From positions 120,258,797-120,322,796 of the forward strand of contig NC_068982.1 of the NCBI RefSeq assembly GCF_001194135.2: a stretch of DNA of 64,000 nt, written 5' to 3'. Below, one piece after another: positions 1 through 13,599 of this stretch. Positions within the stretch are counted from its first letter, which is position 1; each line of letters begins with the position of its first letter. A model generated the notes under the pieces. That model searched no databases. It was not told the DNA's origin and worked only from the letters and a program-made list of their open reading frames with translations. The position numbers were made by a program, and so were the translations under genes. This DNA is from Octopus bimaculoides. Its lineage: Eukaryota.

Positions 1-90
1 GCTGTTGCAACCGTAACCGACCTCTGCCATAACAAGGATTTGTACTATTGACGAAAGACAGTACAGTTTAGTTAATATTCGATCCATGTA

Positions 91-495
91 GAAGGCGGCG
101 AGCTGGCAGAAACGTTAGCACGCCGGGCAAAATTCCTAGCGGTATTTCGTCTGCCGTAACGTTCTGAGTTCAAATTCCGCCGAGGTCGACTTTGCTTCCC
201 TCAAAATTTTCCCCCTTCCCTCAAGATTTAATCGACTTAATCCCTTGTTTGTTCTCTCAATGTTTAGCCCCTTGTGGGAAATAACGAAATAAGAAACGTT
301 ACCACGCCGGGTGAAATGCTTAGCAGTATTTCGTCTGTCTTTACGTTCTGAGTTCAAATTCCAACGAGGTCGACTTTGCTTTTCATCCTTTCGAGGTCGA
401 TAAATTTAGTACCAGTTGCGTACTAGAGTCGATCTAATTGACTGGACCCCTTCCCTCAAAATTTCGGGCCTTGTGCCTAGAGTAGAAAAGAATAT
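91..495 (+). mobile_element. tRNA-derived SINE family A with duplicated head
   Basis: ggcgagctggcagaaacgttagcacgccggg (A box), gagttcaaattcc (B box), central ccgaggtcgactttgc.tttcatcctttcg.ggtcgataaa domain; second head at ~295. Confidence 0.85.
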
Positions 496-655
496 TCAAT
501 CTCTGTAGTCGAAACTACCATAGTGTAGTTTTTACTGTGATGTATTAAGCGCGCGTGTGTGTGAGGAAGAGTGCGTGTGTATGTAAGCCAAAAGGCGTGC
601 AGAAGATATATGTATATACATACATAGTGTGTGCGTGCATATACATATATATATA

Positions 656-2035
656 TACTAGCAGAAATACCCGGCTTTGCCCGGGTTAAAGAGAATAATG
701 AAATCTAAAAACGCCGTCTAGACTACGCAACCCTCAACTGTCAGTAGCTACGATACCATATTTCTACATTAATAACTCTCCAATCCATGCCAGCATGGAA
801 CATAGACATTAAGTGGAATGCCAGTCTCTCATCTAGGAGGGCCTTGAAATCAATGTTACCAACTGGGGACTATATGTGTCGTAGTGATAATAAAAAGACC
901 CAAAGGAGGTCTGCAACGAAATAATTTTACTCAACACTTTGCAAGTGAATCANNNNNNNNNNNNNNNNNNNNNNNNNNNNNNNNNNNNNNNNNNNNNNNN
1001 NNNNNNNNNNNNNNNNNNNNNNNNNNNNNNNNNNNNNNNNNNNNNNNNNNNNNNNNNNNNNNNNNNNNNNNNNNNNNNNNNNNNNNNNNNNNNNNNNNNN
1101 NNNNNNNNNNNNNNNNNNNNNNNNNNNNNNNNNNNNNNNNNNNNNNNNNNNNNNNNNNNNNNNNNNNNNNNNNNNNNNNNNNNNNNNNNNNNNNNNNNNN
1201 NNNNNNNNNNNNNNNNNNNNNNNNNNNNNNNNNNNNNNNNNNNNNNNNNNNNNNNNNNNNNNNNNNNNNNNNNNNNNNNNNNNNNNNNNNNNNNNNNNNN
1301 NNNNNNNNNNNNNNNNNNNNNNNNNNNNNNNNNNNNNNNNNNNNNNNNNNNNNNNNNNNNNNNNNNNNNNNNNNNNNNNNNNNNNNNNNNNNNNNNNNNN
1401 NNNNNNNNNNNNNNNNNNNNNNNNNNNNNNNNNNNNNNNNNNNNNNNNNNNNNNNNNNNNNNNNNNNNNNNNNNNNNNNNNNNNNNNNNNNNNNNNNNNN
1501 NNNNNNNNNNNNNNNNNNNNNNNNNNNNNNNNNNNNNNNNNNNNNNNNNNNNNNNNNNNNNNNNNNNNNNNNNNNNNNNNNNNNNNNNNNNNNNNNNNNN
1601 NNNNNNNNNNNNNNNNNNNNNNNNNNNNNNNNNNNNNNNNNNNNNNNNNNNNNNNNNNNNNNNNNNNNNNNNNNNNNNNNNNNNNNNNNNNNNNNNNNNN
1701 NNNNNNNNNNNNNNNNNNNNNNNNNNNNNNNNNNNNNNNNNNNNNNNNNNNNNNNNNNNNNNNNNNNNNNNNNNNNNNNNNNNNNNNNNNNNNNNNNNNN
1801 NNNNNNNNNNNNNNNNNNNNNNNNNNNNNNNNNNNNNNNNNNNNNNNNNNNNNNNNNNNNNNNNNNNNNNNNNNNNNNNNNNNNNNNNNNNNNNNNNNNN
1901 NNNNNGTTGCCGTGGGCTCGAACTCTGCAAAAAGTTTAAAAAATTTTTGACTAAAACACAACTGGAACCCTAAGTAAGGCATGTGTAAAATTTGAATGAA
2001 ATTGGTTGCGTAGTTCTCGAGTTTTAGGGATTCAC

Positions 2036-2070
<35 letters not shown>

Positions 2071-2097
2071 CACATTCTCATTTTTATATATATAGAT
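656..2097 (+). mobile_element. Non-autonomous Helitron-like element (Lep1/HINE-type architecture), middle lost in a gap
   Basis: 5' end tactagc...cccggctttgcccggg; 3' end aaatttgaatgaaattggttgcgtagtt..., (ACAG)n microsatellite and ...tatatagat terminus in a TA-rich site. Confidence 0.55.
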
Positions 2098-3384
2098 ATA
2101 TATATACATACGCCCGAGCACACACACACACACACACGAGTGAATGAACAAACGAAAAAAGGGCAATCAATCAATTTATTGAGTTACATGTATAGATCAA
2201 AACAGTTTGATTGAAAACAGCTGACCACTAGCATCACGCTTGAAACTCAAGAGTACCAACTAGTTTGAATCAAACTGTTTTTATCTATATATAAATGTGT
2301 ATAATTCTTCAACAAGAATATTGTTGACCATGACCTCGAAATTTCAACCGGTTTAGCCGACGTCTGACTGCAGTCCGACGTTTGCTTTATCCGGCGTGCT
2401 AACGATTTTGCTAGTTCGCCGCCTGACAAGACAATTTAATCATTAAGACATTAGAGAAGGAAACCAATCTGTTTGATTGATTAGCTGGCCAATCGAGAAC
2501 AATCAAAGCATAACTAAAATAATAGAATGTTTAAGTATATTGAGAAACGCAGAATGTTTAATTATTTATAAAAAGAAATCAATAATGAGTCTTCTGGTTT
2601 TCCTATAATGGTAGTTGTCACTTAAGAAGTATGCTGTTTGGAAAGGGCAAACCACTCATTAACAATTTTCAACTGTTTTGTCGGAAAGATGTTTTAAATA
2701 CGTTAGCATTCGATCGATTAGGAAAAGAGTATCAGATGAAATATTGTTTGCCAATGTCTCTTTTTAAACTAGTCAGAGCTATTTTCTCTTTGTATGCATA
2801 AACGCATTCGAGCGCTAAGCATCTATCCCACAAAATAGGTAAAAATAGTCAATAAGTTTAATTTGGGCAATTGTTTATAAATAAATCAGTGTTTCATATT
2901 GTGATTTATTATTCTATGATTTTAAATGCGCTTGTTTGGATTGTTTTCAAGTTGCTCAACTATCAGAACCAAAAACGTGAAAATAGTTAATGAGAATAAT
3001 TTTCCATCTTTCCAAAGATTTTCTTGTGGCACTGTTAGTTATTAGAAAAAGTACGTGATGTACAAAAGAGTCCTTTCTCACCAAACGTTTACTAAATAAT
3101 TAAACACTTTGCATCTCCTTTAATACTCTAATGCTTAGATTGTCCCATATCCTACATCGTTGAAACACACCCCCTTCGTTGTTATCATCTTCTTCTCTAC
3201 ATATTTCTCGCAAACTTTTCTTCAACTTCTAAATATTTACTTCATATGCAATCGTTTCTTTTCCTGTAGTGCATTTTTACAATTCTAAAATTTCAACAAT
3301 AGAAACGAGGGAATGTAAAAGTTTCCATACAACAAAACACTGGCCCCAATCAATATTAGGTTGGTTTACTCCTGCCCTCCACTA

Positions 3385-3580
3385 AAAGTTGTAGTCCCGT
3401 GGCTTGCTAAGCAGCATTTCGGCTGTCTTTGTGTCATGGGTTCAAATTCTGCCAAGGTCGACTTTGACTTACATTCTTTCGGGGTTGATAAAATAAGTAC
3501 CAATTGAACTTTGGATCGAGGCAATCGACTATACTCATCCCTCAAAATTTTCAGACTTCGTGCCTTATAGTAGAAAGTGT
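3385..3580 (+). mobile_element. SINE family A, 5'-decayed
   Basis: gggttcaaattctgccaaggtcgactttg...ggggttgataaaataagtacc. Confidence 0.75.
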
Positions 3581-3589
3581 TGTTGTTTT

Positions 3590-6500
3590 TGTTGTTGTTG
3601 CGGCTGCGGCGGCGCTAGTACGTGCTAATTTAGTTAGCAGGTATTTTATCTTGAAGTTTGGTGACAACAAGCCTCAGCAAATCTCAAGAATTTTTCTGAT
3701 GATTCTGGCAGAACGTAGGAGGATACTTTTCTGACAGTTGACAATGCGAGTTTCAATTTCAATATTTTTCAGTCTTTTATATAGCATTTTGGGTGTTGTG
3801 CCTAGTGCACCTGTTACTACAGGAGCAGTTGCAGTCTCCGTCTTCTACAGTCTTCTTAGTTCTCTGCATAGATCCTGATATTTCTCAATTTTTTCCATTT
3901 ATTTGCCACTGACTCTGCTATCATAGCAAATTTCAAAACCTATGATCATACACAGTTTGATTTTTTTGTCCTCTAACATCATATCCTGTCTTCTTGCGTT
4001 AGTAATATGTTCAGTCTTTGTGGGGAAATCCCACAAGATCTTGTAATTATCATTTTCTACCACAGCCACTAGTTTGTGTTCATACCACTTTACTGTTATT
4101 TTGAAGCCACACACTCGGCTAACATCCCAATGCACTCTTTTGTCTGTAGTCATGTCTGTACTTGTATCCTTTTTGTGTTATTGTACTACACTCTTTCAAA
4201 ATGTAATTGATACTCTCGTCTCCTTTCCTGCAGACACTGCGTCTGACTGAATTTTGTCGATCTTTGCCTTGATCAGATTTTCCTAAGGGCTTGTTCCTCA
4301 GTTGTTTCTCGTTTCAAGTTCTCGTCAGTCAGCCAAAGCCTGTGGGCTTCACTTCTAACACTTCCGATTTGTTGCATGATTGGCCAGTCACTTCCATTTC
4401 TTCCCATTTGTACATTCTGCTTTTCTTCCTTCTTTTCTTTGAAGTCTCCTATTGCTTCAGCCATTTTTTTAAGTATCTCTTGATGCCGAAAGTATTCTTT
4501 TCTTTTGCTGTACAACATATTTTTTCAGCCCCAGTATCGCTGTACCAACAATATCTTCTGCGTTTAGTAATCCTCTATCACTTTCCCTACTTGACAGATA
4601 AAGTCAATCGGTATTACTTTTAGAATGGAGTGTTTTGTGCATTGTTAACAGCATTCTGGTTCTTCTAAGTTCTGCAACTCAATCTTTGTCGATTTCAGTT
4701 CCGTCATTGCTCGTGTATTTATGGTTTAAATGATGTTCCATCCATTTAATTTTATTTCTAGCACCTTCTCAGTTTTCCGTTTGTATTCTTTAGTGACTTT
4801 CTCTTTTCATTATTTTATTGTCTTACAGTATTCCGAGGTATTTGCATCCCTCATTCTATAGTTATCGAATGGTGTTATCTTGTGGTATATTTATTCCAGC
4901 CTCTCTTCATAGTACTGCACATTTATCTACACCAAATTACGTTCTAATGTCTTTATTGAATATTCTCATTGTTTGGATTAAAGAATCATTTACCCCCTCT
5001 CTCTCTCTCTTTCTCTCTATCTCTCTCNNNNNNNNNNNNNNNNNNNNNNNNNNNNNNNNNNNNNNNNNNNNNNNNNNNNNNNNNNNNNNNNNNNNNNNNN
5101 NNNNNNNNNNNNNNNNNNNNNNNNNNNNNNNNNNNNNNNNNNNNNNNNNNNNNNNNNNNNNNNNNNNNNNNNNNNNNNNNNNNNNNNNNNNNNNNNNNNN
5201 NNNNNNNNNNNNNNNNNNNNNNNNNNNNNNNNNNNNNNNNNNNNNNNNNNNNNNNNNNNNNNNNNNNNNNNNNNNNNNNNNNNNNNNNNNNNNNNNNNNN
5301 NNNNNNNNNNNNNNNNNNNNNNNNNNNNNNNNNNNNNNNNNNNNNNNNNNNNNNNNNNNNNNNNNNNNNNNNNNNNNNNNNNNNNNNNNNNNNNNNNNNN
5401 NNNNNNNNNNNNNNNNNNNNNNNNNNNNNNNNNNNNNNNNNNNNNNNNNNNNNNNNNNNNNNNNNNNNNNNNNNNNATATATAATTTTGTTTGTAAATGT
5501 CTTGAGGTCATTCATATAAAGTAGGTGTTTAATTCTTATCTTAGTTCTGGTAAACTCATAGGAAGATCTGGATTTTCTCACTATACCTGTCAGAGGAATT
5601 AGCGCAATGATGAAGAGGAATGGAAAATTTTCCTGCTTATTTTCACGTAACCTAGCGATTCATTTGCACGTCGTTTCTACTTCCTATTCTCCAAAAAGCT
5701 GTTTATCTTATCATTGATTCTGAGCGTCCTCAGTCGTTCCAAGAACCAGCTGTGTGAAACATTGTCGTAGGCCTTTCTGTAATCTATCCACCCAACAACT
5801 AAATTCTTCCACCTTACTCGTACCTCATTTAATATTATAACTATGTATAGCAGATCAGCAGTTCCTCTTGATTTCTTCTTACATCTCTTTTGCTCTTCAG
5901 GCAGTAGGTTCCCTTTTCCAGAAAATTATACACTTCATTTGCTAAGAGATCAGTTAATAGTTTCCAGAGTAATGGTAAGCAAGCAATAGGTCTATAATAG
6001 CTGAGTACCCACTCTCTTTTCTTCGTTCTTCAGTATCAAATTAGTACTGTCCTTCCTTTTGTCATCTATGTTGTTCTATTTTCTATGCAGTCAATAAAAA
6101 TGGTTGTATATAATTGTGTATATTGGGAAGCTTTTTTTAGCCAGAAACATTGGACATTGGCCCGGTAGCTTCCCAGTTCGGCATTTTTTAAATCATCTCT
6201 TTTATTTTCTTATCTGTGATTGTTATACTCTTTTCTGTCACTTCATCTTCCATTTTTCTTTAAAATTCCCGTAACCAGCCTGCTTTTCTATTAAGCTGAA
6301 CTTCTTTGCTCCAGATTTCTGCCCAGAATATTCTTGCTCCTTCAGCATGTCATATCATTTCTCTGATGATATTTTCATTGTTCAGCTGTTTAAAGAATTT
6401 TCATTCGTTGTTCTTGGAGGGTCTATTTTGCTGGAACTGATTTGGTTTCTGTTGATATCTTTTTTACTACCCGACACTACTTTGATTTTTTTTTTTAAAG

Positions 6501-7395
6501 TCTTAACTGCTTGCAGATTTTCTGTCTTATGTTGTGTTTTCTTTACAGCTCGTTCCTGAGTCTCTCTTTCCCCTTGTCTTCTCTATGATTGCATTTATCT
6601 GTCTAATACCTCTTTTGAGCTTGATTCTCAAGCCTTTGTTCCAGCCATGGGGTTTTGTTCTTTGTTTTTCTCTCAATTTTAATCCCAAGTGTGTGCACAG
6701 CAACAGACTGCACAGTATATAAGGTCGTTTAAGTCTGTGATGATTTTGAAGTAGATTTTCGTTAACACTTCGTTCATCTTTTTCCCTACTTTATATAACT
6801 TTCCTCCTTCAATTTTACTCAGGACTGGTAGCCTCTTCTTTTCGCTATTTCCTGCTTCATTCAGTTGTAGTAGTAGGCTTCTTTCTTATTCTGTAAACTT
6901 CTTTCTTCTACAAAATCAAATTGACTTTCATTTGGATAGCTGTTTCTTTTGGGGGGAGTTATTGGTCCCTCTGCTAATCGGTATTCTTGTTCTGCGTTTT
7001 GTTCTTCGTGCTCAGCGTAGTCACATTCATACTCTTATGCTATTGAGAAGATCTTCTCCATCTCTAACAAGGATAGACACTACCTTTTCACGATTAAATC
7101 GTTTTGATCTGGAAGCCTTTGCTCCGTGTTAGGGAACATGTCTTTCTCTGTTCAAATTTATGCATTCTTTTCTGGTATCCTGTTTTGGTAGGTTCTCTTC
7201 AGTAATAGCTTTCAAATTTTTAGTTCATTTTCTGCTAATCTTTGTAGCAGTATCTGAATAACGATCAGGTCCATTCTCCTGTACAGTAGAGTACTTACTG
7301 TGCCAGAGACCTTCACTTGGGGTTCGGGTCTCCTGAACACAGTTATTATGATTTTTATTTGACAATATACTCATGAAGAAGATAGTGATGATGAA
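3590..7395 (-). mobile_element. Dong/R4-clade non-LTR retrotransposon (RT + restriction-like endonuclease), decayed
   Basis: WIDYRKAYDNVSHSW (~5760-5800), KHLLYMNDLK (RT YMDD motif, ~5500-5540), KWYEHK...ENDNYKILWDF...RRQD, EKYQDL...PVVTGALG; (CAA)n-like tail near 3590. Confidence 0.85.
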
Positions 7396-7401
7396 GCTGT
7401 G

Positions 7402-7516
<115 letters not shown>

Positions 7517-7519
7517 TGA

Positions 7520-7795
7520 GTGCCTTCATACAGAACGTAAAGGAGGAAAGCTACATTTATCTAGTAAGGAAGGTGGAAGAGGACTGAATTGGAATAGAAG
7601 ATAAGGTTGTGAAAGTGACCAAGTCTTTGCATACCTATTTGAGGGACAGTGATGAAAGAATGTTGCACGTAACACTGAGTGAGAAAGTAATCAGTGTTGC
7701 AATATGCCTATACACTGGGAGATTTGCAAGAAATATGGGCTAGAATGTTCCAACAAATGGTGTGAGCGCAAACCTTTGCCAGTAGCAAGAAATTC
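7520..7795 (+). mobile_element. Dong/R4 fragment, opposite strand
   Basis: IGIEDKV..V.KSL..YL..S.E.ML and IHWEICKKYGL....KWCE.KP motifs. Confidence 0.65.
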
Positions 7796-7859
7796 CAGTA
7801 ACAATATTATTACTAATAATGTATCTGAACCTATTACACCTACTAATAATCTAGAAAAC

Positions 7860-8300
7860 TCTACATTTTGTAACTGTCGAAATAAATCCATGTGTCCCAT
7901 TAATAACTAATGCCTTAGAGAAAATATAGTATATAATTTCTCTATCACTGCTCCTCGTAAAGAACATCTCTACATTGGTGCACTCTCTCCCTCATTCACA
8001 CTTCGATTGAATAATCACACATCTACGTTTAGATATAAAGAAAATGGTAATAATACATCTCTAGCTAAATTCATACATTCTCTTACAGATAAAAATATTG
8101 AATATAAAATTTGTTGATCCAGTGTATGTAATGCACTTCTGTATACATGTGGCGACAGATGGTGTGGGCTCTGTGTATTTGAGGTATTCCGCATTAATAA
8201 AATTAGTAAAACTAAATCAAAAAGGATTAATCGGCATGAGAAACTAATTATATGAGTCATCATTTTAAATATAAATCTTTCCTACATTATAAATTTAAAT
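7860..8300 (+). mobile_element. Penelope-like retroelement GIY-YIG endonuclease remnant
   Basis: One frame: FCNCRNKSMCPINN*CLRENIVY...LYIG...F.LR.NNH...F...TSLAKFIHSL.....YKIC*S....Y.CG..WCGLC.FE. Confidence 0.75.
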
Positions 8301-8439
8301 AACATTACACTTGATCATTATATCTACATTTATAAAATTTATAACTCTAGATTAATGCTGCGTATATATCCAATATATTTAATAAGTATATTGTTATATT
8401 CCTTAAAAAATAATAACAATAAATTAATAAACTATTAGA

Positions 8440-8790
8440 TGCAGGCGTGACTGTGTGATAAAAGGCTTGCTTCCCAATCACATGGTTCTGGGTTCGGTCT
8501 ACAATAGCTTCGAACCGACCAAAGCCTTGTGTGTGGATTTGATAGACGTAAACTGTGTGTATCTATGAGTGTGCATGTTTAAGTCAGTTTTTGCCCCACC
8601 ACCACCACTTGACAACTGGTGTTGGTGTGTTTATGTCCCCGTAACATAGCGGTTCTGCAAAAGAGAACGATAGAATGAGTACCAGGCTTTAAAAAGATAT
8701 GAAGTATGTCGACACATTCGGCTAAAATTTCTTCAAGACGGTACACAAGCATAGCCGCTGTCTAATGACTGAAACAAGTAAAGGATACAA
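8440..8790 (+). mobile_element. tRNA-derived SINE family B with internal microsatellite
   Basis: gcaggcgtgactgtgtg...cttcccaatcacatggttctgggttc head; cttgacaac.ggtg.tggtgtgttta.gtccccgtaac.tagcggtt; ccagcatggcc...atgactgaaacaagtaaa tail. Confidence 0.8.
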
Positions 8791-9223
8791 GATACTATGA
8801 TATATTCCCATTTGTGCTTTTAGGAGGAATATTTCGTATACATAATTACCAGTACCTAGATCTACTTTGTTTTGTTTTTTGTTGGTTTGTTTGTTTTTTG
8901 TTTACTAGTTACCAAGCTAACTATAATATAGCCTTACCTTAATTAATAATGTATTATACTATATTCATACATTTTACTACTTAGATGAATATAATAAATT
9001 TCCCTACTTTATCAGCTCTTTTTATTTCCACTTCAATGACAGATAATTGCATTAGACGATACTTCAATATTTTATAAACTGCTATATTGCTAAGGTGGTG
9101 AACTGGCGGACTCATTAGCATGTGAGACAAAATAATTAGCAGCCTTTCTTCTGGTTGCTTACATCCTGAGTTCAACTACTTATAATTTCCTTTTTAACAT
9201 CTTACAAATCTCTTTCCTCATCC

Positions 9224-10985
9224 TAGGTGGTATCAAAATGTTCCCGGACTAGTTATGTTTAATGAAAAATAACTTATTTACCTCCTAAGTTTTTACATCA
9301 TCATTTCCTTCGAAATAGTCACCTTGCGCAGCAATACACCGGTCCCAGCGTTCCTACCAATTTTGGAATCCGACCNNNNNNNNNNNNNNNNNNNNNNNNN
9401 NNNNNNNNNNNNNNNNNNNNNNNNNNNNNNNNNNNNNNNNNNNNNNNNNNNNNNNNNNNNNNNNNNNNNNNNNNNNNNNNNNNNNNNNNNNNNNNNNNNN
9501 NNNNNNNNNNNNNNNNNNNNNNNNNNNNNNNNNNNNNNNNNNNNNNNNNNNNNNNNNNNNNNNNNNNNNNNNNNNNNNNNNNNNNNNNNNNNNNNNNNNN
9601 NNNNNNNNNNNNNNNNNNNNNNNNNNNNNNNNNNNNNNNNNNNNNNNNNNNNNNNNNNNNNNNNNNNNNNNNNNNNNNNNNNNNNNNNNNNNNNNNNNNN
9701 NNNNNNNNNNNNNNNNNNNNNNNNNNNNNNNNNNNNNNNNNNNNNNNNNNNNNNNNNNNNNNNNNNNNNNNNNNNNNNNNNNNNNNNNNNNNNNNNNNNN
9801 NNNNNNNNNNNNNNNNNNNNNNNNNNNNNNNNNNNNNNNNNNNNNNNNNNNNNNNNNNNNNNNNNNNNNNNNNNNNNNNNNNNNNNNNNNNNNNNNNNNN
9901 NNNNNNNNNNNNNNNNNNNNNNNNNNNNNNNNNNNNNNNNNNNNNNNNNNNNNNNNNNNNNNNNNNNNNNNNNNNNNNNNNNNNNNNNNNNNNNNNNNNN
10001 NNNNNNNNNNNNNNNNNNNNNNNNNNNNNNNNNNNNNNNNNNNNNNNNNNNNNNNNNNNNNNNNNNNNNNNNNNTGTGTGTATGTATGTATGTACGTATG
10101 TATGTATGTATGTATGTATGTATGTATGTGTGTATGTGTTTTTGTGTCTGTGTTTGTCCCCCACAGCATCGCTTGACAACCGATGCTGGTGTGTTTACGT
10201 TCCCGTAACTTAGCGGTTCGGCAAAAGACACCGATAGAATAAGTACTAGGCGTACAAAGAATAAGTCCTGGGGTCCATTTTCCTCGACTAAAGGCGGTGC
10301 TCCAGCATGGCTACAGTCAAATGACTGAAATAAGTAAAAGAGTAGATGAGCATGCTCTTGACTGTTGTACCTTCTTCAGTAGTGGAGACGAAGGCCTTTT
10401 CCATTATAACCACTGCTGCTTCGTCCCAGAGTCGTGCCCGTAGACCAAACTCTCGTCACTGGTGATGATCTTCGACATGAAGGATAGGTCATCAGCGACA
10501 GGCTGACGGAGATCTTGACAGACTTCGATGCGATGTTCTTTCTGCTCAGTGGTCAGCAGGCGGATGACAAACTTGGCAGGGACACGCCGCATGTTCAATT
10601 CAGATATTAGGATTACCTACACTGACCCATACTACAGACCAACAACATCAGCAATGTCGTTGATTGTCCTCCGACGATCCTCATTCACAAGCTGATGAAT
10701 TTTCTCTGCATTTCCGTGAAGGACGCTTGTGACAGGTCTTCCGGATCACTCTTCGTCTTCCAGGGACGTTCTTCCGCTTTCGAAATGCCCGTGCCATTCG
10801 AAACATAGCGTTTGACCTATTGCCTTGTTTCCGTAAGCTTCCTGAAATATACTCAATGTTTCTGTCGCAGACGTCCGAAGTTTAACGCAAAATTTCACAT
10901 TGGGTCTTTGTTCCAACATCCTGTCCATGATAAAATCGTAGACTACGGCATAAATGTGATCACAAAAACCTAAATACATAAATAT
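9224..10985 (-). mobile_element. mariner (DD34D-type) transposon remnant split by a gap and a SINE
   Basis: N-term EQRPNVKFCVKL..SATET..FEWH..FESGRTSLEDE (10746-10935), VPAKFVIRLLT.EQK...IITSDES (10404-10598), C-term W*ERWDRCIAAQGDYFEG (~9305-9375), TIR-like end aggtggtatcaaaatgttcccggact at 9225. Confidence 0.85.
10076..10342 (+). mobile_element. SINE family B 3' half, inserted in the mariner
   Basis: catcgcttgacaaccgatgctggtgtgtttacg...gactaaaggcggtgctccagcatgg. Confidence 0.85.
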
Positions 10986-11126
10986 ATATATATATATGTG
11001 TGTGTGTCTGTGTGTGTATGAATATATGTATATGTTTTGCTGAAGGGAGGTATTAACATCGGTGATGTCAAAATATATTTATTAATAGCATAATTGTAGC
11101 ATTGGTTGTAACTTTTATCTCATAAT

Positions 11127-11202
<76 letters not shown>

Positions 11203-11754
11203 TGTGTGTGTATTTGTAAGTGTTTGTGTACTTTTGTAAAAGCCCTATATGAATAGCGTTATATTATCTTCTTCCACCTCTGCTTAATGTTATATTCCGT
11301 TAGGCATCCTCAGACAGTTTGCTCCGAAGAAGCGGTAAAATTTATCTAATTCGTGAACTGTCTAGTTGTCTTGAAATATCAACTGAATAATAAATTTCGC
11401 TCAACACGAAAGTTTGCAGAACAATATGAAACACAATTAAAATTAATAGATTGAGTATATACATGGGCGTATTTCTGCTTCTGTTATATTTATATAACGG
11501 TATTAATATACTTCAGAATTGATTATTATATTTAGAAATACAGTTAATGATTAATTTTCTACAATGTTTTATCTTTCATTGTGTTCTTTTCAATGCTTTC
11601 ATTAGAATATACGAGACTACTACGTTTACCTCTCCGGGAAATTTTGACTCGAGATAATGAAAGTGCTGAAAAAATTCCGCTGCACTCTTATCAGAACTTA
11701 GACGGAATGTGGTGTGGAATAATTACTAAAATATATTAGATAAAGCTACCTATT

Positions 11755-12150
11755 TGATTCCACCATTTTGGCGCCACCATTTCGGTGCAAAATTATTTGA
11801 CATAGGTTACTTTTACGGAAAGAATATTAAGGTTTTATTCTACATAACTAACTTTTCCAAATTACTACTATCAAACAACTAAAACTACTTAACTGCAGTT
11901 AACTTTAAATTTAAGATTCATTTATGTACTCGATGGTTGATGAAATATTAACGAATCGCAAGAAGATATCTACACATAATGGATTTCTGTAAATATTCAA
12001 GAAGGTACACAACACTGTCTTGAGCTGTTAGCAAAGAATATCGATGAAGAGTAAAATTATAAATTACGGATATTGTTCCCGGAAAGCATTGTTCATAATT
12101 GTCAAATGAAGATCGGAGTAACGCTATATTTTCGATATATATCCCAAAAT
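11755..12150 (+). mobile_element. Possible Mutator-like (FLYWCH-type) remnant
   Basis: caccattttggcgccaccatttcgg repeats and a decayed frame HNGFL*IFKKVHNTVLSC*QRISMKSK. Confidence 0.3.
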
Positions 12151-12324
12151 AAATTACTTATCTGAGAAGTAATGCTTATAACAGAGATTTTCTTAACGAG
12201 CTAGTTTACTAATTACTTGTCACCAAATGAGAAAAAAATTCATTGAATTTACCTAAAAGAGAAACATTTCAACAATCTCTATAATCCCTGTTAGACACAT
12301 TTAATCACCAAACAATAATCCTTT

Positions 12325-12470
12325 CTATTGGAAGCACAAGACCCCAAATTTGGAGGAAGAGATTAAGTCGATTACATCGATCCCAGTGCGTAACTGATGC
12401 TTATTTAATCGACCCCGAAAGGATGAAAGGCAAAGTTGACCTCAGCGGAATTTGAACTCAGAACGTATAA
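12325..12470 (-). mobile_element. SINE family A fragment
   Basis: atcgaccccgaaaggatgaaaggcaaagttgacctcagcggaatttgaactcagaacg. Confidence 0.8.
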
Positions 12471-13599
12471 ACACCAAACAATAATATCAAAACACAAGAA
12501 AGCCTTCACATGATCGATTGGCTTTCTAAATATAGTAATTAACCCCCCCCCCCCATAATCCCCATCTGTCTTTCAAAAGGTAAGATCGTGTTAGTATTTA
12601 ATATAAACCTGGATAGTCAAACAGACGGGATAATCGTAGCCGGAATGCTTTTGACTATAAGTTTGTTCGATCAGCGTTCACCAGGAGCAAAACAATAACG
12701 ATAATATTGGTGATAAATATGTCGAGAAATATAATCGAACCAAGGAAGAAGCTTCTGTCAGGTAGCTCCATATGCTAGAATTAGCAACCAAATCTTTTAT
12801 AAAAACTCAAATGACTTCACACCGTTTTAAAAATAGGGAAAAACACATTGGATAATATATCTTTTAATACCCTCTCTGAATAAATTATGGTGTTATCATA
12901 GCTCGAACGCCTTTGATCACAGATCTACTTGATGAAAGTTGGCCTGATGCAAAGCATAAACTAGGACTAGGACATCACATAATGTAGTACTAGATACAAT
13001 AAGTTTGAACGCACGACGATGGCCACAGCTGGAGCACTTTTGACCAGTGCTGTTGAATGAGAGTAGACCTACAGATACACAAGGAAAGACACACTAGATA
13101 AGATAATTCTAGATATATTATATCTATCAACAAGACGGGATGGTTACGACAATTAGAAAACTAACATTTTATAGCTGTTGTTTAGTCCCAGATTAGATCT
13201 GAGTGAGCAAACCTAAGACTGAAGATGTTCCAGCAATAATTCCGCAAGCCTTCACTGGGAGATTTGCGAATCTAAGAATGCATTACCGAATGTGTTCTTT
13301 CTTTATTAAAGACGATAAGGTGTGATGTAAGGAATTTTGTTTGCGATTTGAAGCAGATGGAGTGACGGCGTAGAGGTTAGCTTGCATTTTTCATAGCACT
13401 AAGCGTTTCTCGCAAACATGAAGAGAACCACAATTGTGATGTGACGTGTGAAAAACCGACAAGATACTGCCTCATTTCAATATTGTCTTCTTCGTTTATT
13501 ACTGCTGTTTGTTAGTAGTATTGTTGCTTGAATTTTCTTCGGAATAATCTATATGGAAAATGGTAGCCAGTGTGAATATATTGTGACATATAGTGATTT

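Noticed and set aside
91-180. tRNA-like A/B boxes (also at 8440, 40480-40548, 48433, 51014)
   Set aside because: They are SINE heads with the SINE body attached; no complete cloverleaf or discriminator end.
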